Of a DNA stretch of 37,589 bases, positions 1 to 8,149 are shown one piece after another (position 1 is the first letter of the stretch; each line of letters begins with the position of its first letter). Where the stretch lies: positions 1 through 37,589 of the forward strand of contig DATDMW010000039.1 in NCBI GenBank assembly GCA_036518595.1. Direction: 5' to 3'. The DNA is from Burkholderiales bacterium. Its GTDB lineage: Bacteria; Pseudomonadota; Gammaproteobacteria; Burkholderiales; SG8-39. The translations under genes were made by a program, and so were the position numbers. The notes beneath the pieces are model-generated. The model was given only the letters and a program-made list of their open reading frames with translations, had not been told where the DNA came from and ran no database searches.

Positions 1-991
1 GCCAGATGCCCGAGATCGCGGAGGCGATCGCCTCGTCGGAGGCGCCCGAGCGCAGCATCGAGCGCAGGTCGTAGCCCGCGGTCGCGAACAGGCAGGTGTA
101 GAGCATGCCCTCGGTCGACAGCCGCGCGCGCGTGCAGGTGCGGCAGAACGCCTGCGTGACCGACGAGATCACGCCGATCTCGCCCGCGCCGTCGGCGTAG
201 CGCCAGCGCTCGGCGACCTCGCCCGCGTAGTTCGCGTCGACGGGCTCGAGCGGCATCTCTGCGCCGATCCGCCGGATGATCTCCGCGGACGGCACGACGT
301 CGTCCATGCGCCAGCCGTTGGTCGCGCCGACGTCCATGAACTCGATGAAGCGCACGATGTGCCCGCTGCCGCGGAAGCGGCGCGCCATCGGCAGGATCGA
401 GTCCTCGTTCACGCCGCGCTTCACCACCATGTTGATCTTGACCGGCGCGAGGCCCGCGTCGGCGGCCGCGTCGATGCCGGCCAGCACGTCGGCGAGCGGG
501 AAATCCGCGTCGTTCATCGCGCGGAAGACGCCGTCGTCGAGCGAGTCGAGGCTGACTGTGACGCGGTGCAGGCCCGCGGCCTTGAGCGCACGCGCCTTGC
601 GCGCGAGCAGCGAGCCGTTCGTGGTGAGCGTCAGCTCGACGCCGGCGATCGCGGCGAGCTTCGCGATCAGGCGCTCGAGGTTCCGCCGCAGCAGCGGCTC
701 GCCGCCGGTCAGGCGGATCTTCTCGATGCCGTGGCCGCGGAACACGCGCGCGAGGCGCTCGATCTCCTCGAACGACAGCAGCTCGTCGCGCGGCAGGAAC
801 GCGTAATCGGGGCCGAAGACGTCCTTCGGCATGCAGTAGACGCAGCGGAAGTTGCAGCGGTCGGTGACCGAGATGCGCAGGTCGCGCAGCGGCCGGCCGA
901 GCGTGTCGAGGCGGCCGGCGTCCAAAGACCCCGCGGAAGGCAGGGGCTTGGACCGGCGTGCGTCGCTGATCCGGATGATCCGTTCGGTCAT
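1..991 (-). CDS. moaA: GTP 3',8-cyclase MoaA (radical SAM), C-terminus runs off the left window edge
   Basis: Absent from the ORF track because it is open to the edge. Reverse translation from the ATG at 991-989 gives [10 protein letters not shown]...[49 protein letters not shown]...[11 protein letters not shown]...LTLTTNG...VKINMVV. This contains the CxxxCxxC radical-SAM motif and MoaA-typical blocks. Confidence 0.9.
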   Translation of the reverse strand, partial: MTERIIRISDARRSKPLPSAGSLDAGRLDTLGRPLRDLRISVTDRCNFRCVYCMPKDVFGPDYAFLPRDELLSFEEIERLARVFRGHGIEKIRLTGGEPLLRRNLERLIAKLAAIAGVELTLTTNGSLLARKARALKAAGLHRVTVSLDSLDDGVFRAMNDADFPLADVLAGIDAAADAGLAPVKINMVVKRGVNEDSILPMARRFRGSGHIVRFIEFMDVGATNGWRMDDVVPSAEIIRRIGAEMPLEPVDANYAGEVAERWRYADGAGEIGVISSVTQAFCRTCTRARLSTEGMLYTCLFATAGYDLRSMLRSGASDEAIASAISGIW

Positions 992-1056
992 GCGGCCCGT
1001 TCGAAAATGATTCGAGATGCTCGAGGTGATGCGCTCGGCGTCGCCGCCGCGTATCA

Positions 1057-1089
1057 TTCGCGAATATGAACATCGGTGCATATCGCGAA
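1057..1089. promoter_or_regulatory. Imperfect dyad TTCGCGAATATG-N10-CATATCGCGAA in the moaA / DUF3305 divergent region
   Basis: Left arm 1057-1068 and right arm 1079-1089 are reverse complements apart from one extra A in the left arm. The dyad straddles the ATG at 1066 and contains ATAT cores like the modA operator, but at a different spacing. Confidence 0.35.
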
Positions 1090-1596
1090 GATTCCAGTAT
1101 ACCCGGAAACGCTTCGCTTCCCGCCCCGCTGCCTGCGCTGGCCGTCGCGGTGGTGATGGAGCGGCGGCGCCTCGCGAATCGCTGGCGCTCCGAAGTCTGG
1201 CAGCCGATCGGCGTGGTGCCCGACGCCGATTCGCAGGACGCATCGCCGCGGCTGCTCAAGCGCGACGAGGAGCGCGAGCAGTGGCTGCATCCCGGGTTCA
1301 AGCTCGAGCTCTTCCACGACGAGGCCGAGGGCTATTATCTGAATCTGAGCTCGCCGCAGCCGTACGTGTTCGTGAACTGGCTGGAGGAGGACGGAACGGG
1401 CGTGCCGAAGCTCGTGACGGTGAGCTACAACGAGGCCGCGCGCCAGATGGACGGCGGCGCGACCGTCGACGGCGTGGCCCTGCCGGTCGAATGGCTCGGC
1501 TGGCTCGCCGAGTACGTCGCGCGCCACTATCGTCCGGAGCCGAAGAAGAAGCGCATCCGCCCGCCGTCGTTCAAGGGCGCGCGGCGCGACGAGTAG
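1066..1596 (+). CDS. DUF3305-like protein (uncharacterised, FDH-associated)
   Basis: ORF track 176 aa. The segment ...[26 protein letters not shown]...[12 protein letters not shown] matches my recollection of the DUF3305 family found upstream of fdh clusters. The stop lies 1 nt before the next start. The ATG at 1066 has no obvious SD, and an alternative in-frame ATG exists at 1156. Confidence 0.7.
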   Translation: MNIGAYREDSSIPGNASLPAPLPALAVAVVMERRRLANRWRSEVWQPIGVVPDADSQDASPRLLKRDEEREQWLHPGFKLELFHDEAEGYYLNLSSPQPYVFVNWLEEDGTGVPKLVTVSYNEAARQMDGGATVDGVALPVEWLGWLAEYVARHYRPEPKKKRIRPPSFKGARRDE

Positions 1597-1597
1597 C

Positions 1598-2116
1598 ATG
1601 TCCGCAGACGAAAATTTCCTCGCGCGCTGGTCGCGCCGCAAGCACGAGCGCAGGACGGACGAGAAGGCCACGGAGCGCACGGCGGAGCCGCCCCGCGCCT
1701 CGTCGCCGGCGCGGCCGCCGGAGCCCGTGCGCGCGGCGCCCGAGCTGCCGCCGGTGGACACACTGAAAGGGCTCGCGTCCGACTACCGGGATTTCCTGCA
1801 CCCGTCGGTCGACGAGAGCCTGCGCCGGTCCGCGCTGAAGAAGCTCTTCCACGACCCGCACTTCAACGTCATGGACGGGCTCGACGTCTACATCGACGAC
1901 TACTCCAAGCCCGACCCGGTGCCGGAGTCGATGCTCAAGGAGCTGCTCGCGCGGCATCGCTCGCTCGCCGATCGCGCGGAGCCCGACACGCAGGAGCGCG
2001 ATGAGCCGCAGGCGCCGCCCGCAGCCGCGGTCGCCGACGCGCGCGCCGCCGAGCCGCCCGCCGCGCCGCTCCCGGAGCCGTCGGCCGCGGCCGACGAGCA
2101 AAAGAAATCCGCATGA
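1598..2116 (+). CDS. DUF3306-like protein (uncharacterised, FDH-associated)
   Basis: ORF track 172 aa. The N-terminal MSADENFLARWSRRK motif is typical of DUF3306 as I recall it. The middle and C-terminus are low-complexity and Pro/Ala/Glu-rich. Its stop overlaps the next start (ATGA at 2113-2116). Confidence 0.7.
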   Translation: MSADENFLARWSRRKHERRTDEKATERTAEPPRASSPARPPEPVRAAPELPPVDTLKGLASDYRDFLHPSVDESLRRSALKKLFHDPHFNVMDGLDVYIDDYSKPDPVPESMLKELLARHRSLADRAEPDTQERDEPQAPPAAAVADARAAEPPAAPLPEPSAAADEQKKSA

Positions 2117-4227
2117 GCGACCCCGACCGCGCGCTCAAGATCTGCAGCTGCAACGGCACCATGGCGCTCGACGCCAAGGCGCTCGCGCAGGCCCTCAAGC
2201 GCAAGCAGCCGATCGAGATCCATACGGAGCTGTGCCGGCGCGAGGTCGCCGCCTTCGGCGACGCGCTGAAGCACGATGCCTGCACGGTCGCCTGCACGCA
2301 GGAGGCGCCGCTCTTCTCCGAGATCGCGCAGGAGGCGGGCTCGGGCGCCGAGCTGGAGTTCGTCAACATCCGCGAGCACGCCGGCTGGTCGGCGGAGGGC
2401 GCGAAGGCCATGCCGAAGATCGCCGCGCTGCTTTCGCTCGCGGAGCTGCCCGATCCCGAGCCGGTCCCGAGCGTCGAGTACAAGTCGGGCGGCGGACTGC
2501 TGGTCGTCGGTCCGGGCGCGGCCGCGCTCCCGTGGGCCGCACGGCTCGCCGGGCAGCTCGACGTCGCCGTGCTCGTCACCGATGCGAAGGGGGCCGAGCT
2601 GCCTTCGGCGCGCGGCCACCCGGTGTGGTCGGGCAGCGTGAGATCGCTGAAGGGCTGGCTCGGCGCCTTCGAGGTGGAATGGGAGCAGCGCAATCCGATC
2701 GACCTCGAGCTGTGCACCCGCTGCAACGCCTGCGTGCGCGCGTGCCCCGAGCACGCGATCGATTTCTCGTACCAGGTCGACCTGGACAAGTGCAAGTCGC
2801 ACCGCGCCTGTGTGGCCGCGTGCGGGCCGGTCGCCGCGATCGACTTCGAGCGGGCGGACCGCGCGCGCAGGGAGCGCTTCGACCTCGTGCTCGACCTCTG
2901 CGACGAGCCGTGCCTGAAGCTCGCCGACCTGCCGCAGGGCTACCTTGCGCCGGGACGCGATCCGCTCGAGCAGGCGCTCGCCGCGGCGCAGCTCGCGCAG
3001 CTGACGGGCGAGTTCGAGAAGCCGCGCTTCTTCGCGTACGACGAGAAGATCTGCGCGCACGCGCGCTCGGGCAAGCAGGGCTGCACGCAGTGCCTCGACG
3101 TGTGCTCGACCGGGGCCATCGCCCCGGCAGGCGACCAGATCCGGGTCGAGCCGCACCTGTGCCTGGGCTGCGGCGGCTGCACCACGGTGTGCCCGTCGGG
3201 CGCGCTCACCTACGCCTACCCGCGCGCCTCCGACCTGGGCCTGCGGCTCAAGCGCCTGCTCTCGGTCTACGCCGCCGCCGGCGGCGGGGACGCGTGCGTG
3301 CTCCTGCACAACATCGAGGACAGCCGCGAGCTGATCGCGAGGCTGGGACGGCGCGCCGCGTCGGGCGCGAACGGCGGCGGCGGGCGTGGACTGCCCGCGC
3401 GCGTGATCCCGGTGGAAGTGCACCACGCCGCCTCGGTCGGCATCGACGTGTGGCTCGCGGCGCTGAGCTACGGCGCGAGCCAGGTCGTCGTGCTCGCCAC
3501 GCCGCACGAGTCGGAGGCGTACGGAGCCGCGGTGCAGAAGCAGATGGGCTACGCGCAGACCATCGTGAGCGCGCTCGGCTACGCGGGCCGGCATTTCCAC
3601 TGGATCGCCTCGGACGACGAGACGCGCCTCGAGCAGGCGCTGTGGGCGCTCGAGCCCGCCGCGGCGCCGTCGAAGCCGGCCACCTTCAACGTGGCCGCCG
3701 AGAAGCGCGGCACCCTCGAGTTCGCGCTCGAGCACCTCGCCCGGCTGGCGCCCGCGCCGCGGCAGGAGATCGCGCTCGCGGCCGGCGCGCCGTGGGGGCG
3801 CGTCGACGTCGACACGAAGGCGTGCACGCTGTGCATGGCCTGCGTCGGCGCGTGTCCCGAGTCGGCGCTGCTCGACGGACGCGAGCGGCCGATGCTGAGT
3901 TTCCTCGAGCGCAACTGCGTGCAGTGCGGGCTGTGCGCGCAGACCTGCCCCGAGGAGGCGATCGCGCTGGTCCCGCGCCTGCTGCTCTCCGACCAGGCGA
4001 AGCGGCCGGTGGTGCTCAACGAGGCGGAGCCGTTCAACTGCGTGCGCTGCGGCAAGCCCTTCGGCACGCGCCAGATGATCGACAACATGCTGGGCAAGCT
4101 CACCGGGCACTCGATGTTCGCGAGCGGCGAGTCGCTGAAGCGCCTGCAGATGTGCGCCGACTGCCGCGTCGTCGACATGATGGAAAACAAGGCCGAGACC
4201 ACGATCCTCGATGTGCCCAAGTCCTGA
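2113..4227 (+). CDS. Large cytoplasmic multi-[4Fe-4S] ferredoxin-like protein
   Basis: ORF track 704 aa with no signal peptide. Cys motifs: CTRCNACVRACP, CKSHRACVAAC, CAHARSGKQGCTQCLDVC, CLGCGGCTTVCP, CTLCMACVGACP, CVQCGLCAQTCP, plus a C-terminal CVRCG...CADC pair. Confidence 0.85.
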   Translation: MSDPDRALKICSCNGTMALDAKALAQALKRKQPIEIHTELCRREVAAFGDALKHDACTVACTQEAPLFSEIAQEAGSGAELEFVNIREHAGWSAEGAKAMPKIAALLSLAELPDPEPVPSVEYKSGGGLLVVGPGAAALPWAARLAGQLDVAVLVTDAKGAELPSARGHPVWSGSVRSLKGWLGAFEVEWEQRNPIDLELCTRCNACVRACPEHAIDFSYQVDLDKCKSHRACVAACGPVAAIDFERADRARRERFDLVLDLCDEPCLKLADLPQGYLAPGRDPLEQALAAAQLAQLTGEFEKPRFFAYDEKICAHARSGKQGCTQCLDVCSTGAIAPAGDQIRVEPHLCLGCGGCTTVCPSGALTYAYPRASDLGLRLKRLLSVYAAAGGGDACVLLHNIEDSRELIARLGRRAASGANGGGGRGLPARVIPVEVHHAASVGIDVWLAALSYGASQVVVLATPHESEAYGAAVQKQMGYAQTIVSALGYAGRHFHWIASDDETRLEQALWALEPAAAPSKPATFNVAAEKRGTLEFALEHLARLAPAPRQEIALAAGAPWGRVDVDTKACTLCMACVGACPESALLDGRERPMLSFLERNCVQCGLCAQTCPEEAIALVPRLLLSDQAKRPVVLNEAEPFNCVRCGKPFGTRQMIDNMLGKLTGHSMFASGESLKRLQMCADCRVVDMMENKAETTILDVPKS

Positions 4228-4816
4228 GGGGGAAGGCGCCGAGGAGGACCGCGCACGGGCCGGCTATTACGCGTTGCTCGCGCGACTGTTCTACTCGGGG
4301 CCGGACGCCGCGCTGCTCGGCACGCTCGCGCGGGCGGACGAGGTGGCGGAGGACCCGGGATCGGGTCTCGCCGGCGCATGGAACGCGCTCGTGGCCGCGG
4401 CCGGCGCGATGGACGCCGAGGCGGCCCGGGTCGAGCACGACGAAGTCTTCGTCGGCGTCGGCAAGGCCGAGGTAACCCCTTACGCCAGCTACTATCTGTC
4501 CGAGACGGGCCGCGAGAAGATCCTGGTCCGGCTGAAGCAGCAGCTCGCCGAAATGGGGCTCGCTCGTGCCGAGGGCGCGCACGAGCCGGAGGATCACTTC
4601 GCCGGCCTGTTCGAGGTGATGCGGCACCTGATCTCGGACACGGACGATGCTGCGCTGCAAAAACAGAAGGCGTTCTTCGCCCAGTTCATCGCTCCCGCCT
4701 ATGGCGCTTTTTGCACTGCAATATCGGATTGCCCGAAAGCGAATTTCTATAAGCGCGTCGCGGAGTTCGCGCGCCATTTCTTGGATATTGAAAGCGAGTG
4801 CGTAAAGGTGTTCTAA
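4211..4816 (+). CDS. TorD/DmsD-family redox-enzyme maturation chaperone
   Basis: ORF track 201 aa. Family-typical N-terminus (RARAGYYALLARLFY) and overall TorD-like helical composition. There is a 17-nt overlap with the upstream gene and no alternative in-frame start before the conserved region. Confidence 0.75.
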   Translation: MCPSPEGEGAEEDRARAGYYALLARLFYSGPDAALLGTLARADEVAEDPGSGLAGAWNALVAAAGAMDAEAARVEHDEVFVGVGKAEVTPYASYYLSETGREKILVRLKQQLAEMGLARAEGAHEPEDHFAGLFEVMRHLISDTDDAALQKQKAFFAQFIAPAYGAFCTAISDCPKANFYKRVAEFARHFLDIESECVKVF

Positions 4817-4901
4817 TTAGGAAATCCGCGACATATTTCACAGATCGGTTTAACCGACACTCAAGTATTTTTCTCGCGGCATCGGAGAAGGAGATATCGG
4901 A

Positions 4902-5111
4902 ATGAGCACTACAAAATCCAAAACACTTTCCCGCAGAAACTTCCTTCTTGCAGTAGGCGCCGGCGGCGCCGCGACAGCCGCCGCCGTCGTGGCCGGCCAG
5001 TCGGCCAAGACCGCGAACCCATCACCCGCACAGAGCGGCGACAAGCGGCGCGGAAAGGGCTATCAAGAGACCGCGCACGTCCGCAGCTACTACAGCACCA
5101 CCAAAGTTTGA
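4902..5111 (+). CDS. Small twin-arginine-signal protein of the 'formate dehydrogenase region TAT target' type
   Basis: 69 aa. SRRNFLLAVGAGGAATAAA is a Tat signal. The C-terminal GYQETAHVRSYY fits the family motif Y-x-x-[TS]-x-H-[IV]-x-x-[YF]-Y as I recall it. A strong SD (GGAGAAGGAG, 4884-4893) precedes the ATG. Confidence 0.85.
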   Translation: MSTTKSKTLSRRNFLLAVGAGGAATAAAVVAGQSAKTANPSPAQSGDKRRGKGYQETAHVRSYYSTTKV

Positions 5112-5128
5112 ATCGAGGAGGCGTGACC

Positions 5129-8122
5129 ATGCTTCTCACCAGGAAATCCACTGGGGATTCCGCTCGCCCCGTTTCCGGACGTCTGTCCCGCGGCCTCAAC
5201 GGCATGCTGGCGAAGACGATGGATCGCCGCGCCTTCCTGAAGCGCTCCGGGATCGCCGCGGGCGCAGGCGCCTTCGCGACGCAGCTGCCGTTCAACATGA
5301 TCGGCAAGGCCGAAGCGGCCGACGAGCCGTGGAAGACGGGAGCCAAGATCGAGGTGAAGCGCACCGTGTGCACGCACTGCTCGGTGGGCTGCGCCATCGA
5401 CGCCGTCGTGCAGAACGGCGTGTGGGTGCGCCAGGAGCCGGTGTTCGACTCGCCGCTCAACCTCGGCGCGCACTGCGCCAAGGGCGCGTCTGTGCGCGAG
5501 CACGGGATGACCGAGGACTCGCACCGGCTGAAGACCCCGATGAAGCTGGTGAACGGCAAGTACCAGAAGATCTCCTGGGACCAGGCGGTCAACGAGATCG
5601 GCGACCGCATGATGGCGATCCGCAAGGAGTCGGGGCCGGACGCGATGATGTTCATCGGCTCCTCCAAGCACAGCAACGAGCAGTCTTACCTGATGTGCAA
5701 ATGGGTGCGCCTCTGGGGCACCAACAACACCGACCACCAGGCGCGCATTTGCCACTCGACCACGGTCTCGGGCGTCGCGAACACCTGGGGCTACGGCGCG
5801 ATGACCAACTCGTACAACGACATGCACAACAGCAAGGCGGCGCTCTACATCGGCTCGAACGCGGCCGAGGCGCACCCGGTGTCGATGCTGCATTCGCTGC
5901 ACGCGAAGGAGACCGGCTGCAAAATCATGGTCGCCGACCCGCGCTTCACGCGCACCGCGGCCAAGGCCGACCAGTACGTCCGCATCCGCTCCGGGACGGA
6001 CGTCGCGTTCCTGTTCGGCGTGCTGCACCACATCTTCAAGAACGGCTGGGAGGACAAGAAGTACATCCACGACCGTGTTTACGGCATGGACAAAGTGCGC
6101 GACGAGGTCCTGAAGAAATGGACGCCCGACAAGGTCCAGGAAGTGACCGGCGTTCCCGAGGCCGAGGTGCACAAGGTCGCCGAGACCATGGCCAAGAACC
6201 GGCCGAGCACCATCGTATGGTGCATGGGCCAGACGCAGCACTCGATCGGCAACGCCATGGTGCGCGCGTCGTGCATCGTGCAGCTCGCGCTCGGCAACAT
6301 CGGCGTCTCGGGCGGCGGCGCGAACATCTTCCGCGGCCACGACAACGTGCAGGGCGCGACCGACCTGGGCCCGAACCCCGACTCGCTCCCGGCCTACTAC
6401 GGCCTGGCGCCGGGATCGTTCGCCCACTGGGCCAAGGTCTGGAACATCGACCTGAAGTGGCTGCAGAGCCAGTACGTCAATGCGACCATGATGGCGAAGC
6501 TCGGCATCACGGTGTCGCGCTGGATCGACGGTGTGCTGGAGAAGAACGAGAACATCGACCAGGATCCGAACATCCGCGGCGTCTTCTACTGGGGCCATGC
6601 GCCGAACAGCCAGACGCGCGGCCTCGAGATGCAGGCCGCGATGCACGCGCTCGACCTGCTGGTCGTGGTCGACCCGTACCCGTCCGCGACCGCGTCGATG
6701 GCGGCGATGCCCCTCGATGAGCAGGGCGCGCAGATCCTGAAGAACGCGGGCAAGGAGGAGAAGAAGGACCGCGCCGTCTACCTGCTCCCCGCGTGCACGC
6801 AGTTCGAGACCGAGGGCTCGGTGACGGCGTCGAACCGCTCGCTGCAGTGGCGCGAGAAGGTGATCGAGCCGCTGTTCGAGTCGAAGCCCGACCAGACCAT
6901 CATGTACCTGTTCGCGAAGAAGCTCGGGTTCGCGGACCAGCTGGTCGGGAAGCTGAACGGCAAGCAGAACATCAAGCTGAAGGGCGACGAGCCCGATATC
7001 GCCGACATCACGCGCGAGTTCAACGCCGGCAGCTGGACCATCGGCTACACCGGCCAGTCGCCCGAGCGGCTGCAGGCGCACATGCGCAACATGCACGTCT
7101 TCGACGTGAAGACGCTGCGCGCGAAGGGCGGCAAGGACGCGAAGACCGGCTACGTGCTCGACGGCGACTACTTCGGCCTGCCGTGGCCGTGCTACGGCAC
7201 GCCCGAGCTGAAGCACCCCGGCTCGCACACGCTGTACAACACGCACCTGCACATGATGGACGGCGGCGGCTGCTTCCGCGCGAACTTCGGCGTGGAGAAG
7301 GACGGCGTCAACCTCCTGGCCGAGGACGGCTCGTACTCCAAGGGCAGCGACATCACCACCGGGTATCCCGAGTTCGACCACGTGCTGATGAAGAAGCTCG
7401 GCTGGTGGGACGAGCTCACCGACGAGGAGAAGAAGGCCGCCGAGGGCAAGAACTGGAAGACCGACCTTTCGGGCGGCATCCAGCGCGTGACCATGAAGAA
7501 CCACGGCGTGCACCCGTTCGGCAACGCCAAGGCGCGCGCGGTCGTCTGGAACTTTCCCGACGCCATCCCGCTGCACCGCGAGCCGATCTACTCGCCGCGT
7601 GCCGATCTCGTCGAGAAGTATCCGACCCACGACGACAAGAAGGCGTTCTGGCGCCTGCCGACGCTGTACAAGTCGCTGCAGGAGAAAAACAAGGACATCG
7701 GCAAGACGTTCCCGATCATCCTGACGAGCGGGCGGCTGGTGGAGTACGAGGGCGGGGGCGAGGAGACGCGCTCCAACCCCTGGCTCGCCGAGCTGCAGCA
7801 GGAGAACTTCGTCGAGATCAATCCGAAGGCGGCGAACGACCGCGGCATCCGCAACGGCGAGTTCGTCTGGGTGAAGACGCCCACGGGCGCGCGCCTGAAG
7901 GTGCGCGCGATGGTCACCGAGCGCGTCGGGCCCGACACCGCGTTCATCCCGTTCCACTTCTCGGGCTGGTGGCAGGGCAAGGACATGCTGCCGTTCTACC
8001 CGGACGGGGCGGCGCCGATCGTGCGCGGCGAGGCGGTCAACACCGCGACCACCTACGGCTACGACTCGGTGACGATGATGCAGGAGACCAAGACCACCGT
8101 GTGCCAGATCGAGCGGGCATAA
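5129..8122 (+). CDS. fdhA: Periplasmic formate dehydrogenase alpha subunit (bis-MGD molybdo/tungstopterin enzyme), Cys-type
   Basis: Tat signal MDRRAFLKRSG. N-terminal FeS motif CTHCSVGC...CAKG. HQARICHSTTVSG aligns with E. coli FdnG HQARVUHGPTVA, with Cys (TGC, 5750-5752) in place of Sec. GHDNVQGATDLG block present. Start moved from the ORF-track TTG at 5108 to the ATG at 5129, which lies 7 nt after GAGGAGG. Confidence 0.92.
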   Translation: MLLTRKSTGDSARPVSGRLSRGLNGMLAKTMDRRAFLKRSGIAAGAGAFATQLPFNMIGKAEAADEPWKTGAKIEVKRTVCTHCSVGCAIDAVVQNGVWVRQEPVFDSPLNLGAHCAKGASVREHGMTEDSHRLKTPMKLVNGKYQKISWDQAVNEIGDRMMAIRKESGPDAMMFIGSSKHSNEQSYLMCKWVRLWGTNNTDHQARICHSTTVSGVANTWGYGAMTNSYNDMHNSKAALYIGSNAAEAHPVSMLHSLHAKETGCKIMVADPRFTRTAAKADQYVRIRSGTDVAFLFGVLHHIFKNGWEDKKYIHDRVYGMDKVRDEVLKKWTPDKVQEVTGVPEAEVHKVAETMAKNRPSTIVWCMGQTQHSIGNAMVRASCIVQLALGNIGVSGGGANIFRGHDNVQGATDLGPNPDSLPAYYGLAPGSFAHWAKVWNIDLKWLQSQYVNATMMAKLGITVSRWIDGVLEKNENIDQDPNIRGVFYWGHAPNSQTRGLEMQAAMHALDLLVVVDPYPSATASMAAMPLDEQGAQILKNAGKEEKKDRAVYLLPACTQFETEGSVTASNRSLQWREKVIEPLFESKPDQTIMYLFAKKLGFADQLVGKLNGKQNIKLKGDEPDIADITREFNAGSWTIGYTGQSPERLQAHMRNMHVFDVKTLRAKGGKDAKTGYVLDGDYFGLPWPCYGTPELKHPGSHTLYNTHLHMMDGGGCFRANFGVEKDGVNLLAEDGSYSKGSDITTGYPEFDHVLMKKLGWWDELTDEEKKAAEGKNWKTDLSGGIQRVTMKNHGVHPFGNAKARAVVWNFPDAIPLHREPIYSPRADLVEKYPTHDDKKAFWRLPTLYKSLQEKNKDIGKTFPIILTSGRLVEYEGGGEETRSNPWLAELQQENFVEINPKAANDRGIRNGEFVWVKTPTGARLKVRAMVTERVGPDTAFIPFHFSGWWQGKDMLPFYPDGAAPIVRGEAVNTATTYGYDSVTMMQETKTTVCQIERA

Positions 8123-8149
8123 CGGGGCGAGGGGACTAAGGAGACCACT

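Noticed and set aside
992-1160. Moco riboswitch in the moaA leader.
   Set aside because: The spacer to the divergent gene is short. By eye I see only small hairpins (TCGAG-CAT-CTCGA, TCGAA-TCATT-TTCGA, on the minus strand) and the dyad, not the multi-stem Moco architecture. I cannot run a covariance model, so it is left only as a check under the dyad finding.
1900-4110. Very long antisense or off-frame ORFs: 1900..4110 (-) 736 aa, 2001..4475 (+) 824 aa, 5090..8398 (-) 1102 aa, 23674..25962 (-) 762 aa, 25886..28675 (-) 929 aa, and many more.
   Set aside because: Their translations are Arg/Ala/Gly/Pro-rich low-complexity strings with no recognisable motifs. They shadow genes with unambiguous homology (poly-ferredoxin, fdhA, LysR/kinase, clpB). 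Stop-poor alternative frames are expected at this GC content.
5129-8122. Selenocysteine (in-frame TGA plus SECIS) in the FDH alpha subunit.
   Set aside because: The frame is open throughout, and the Sec-equivalent codon is TGC (5750-5752). There is nothing to recode.
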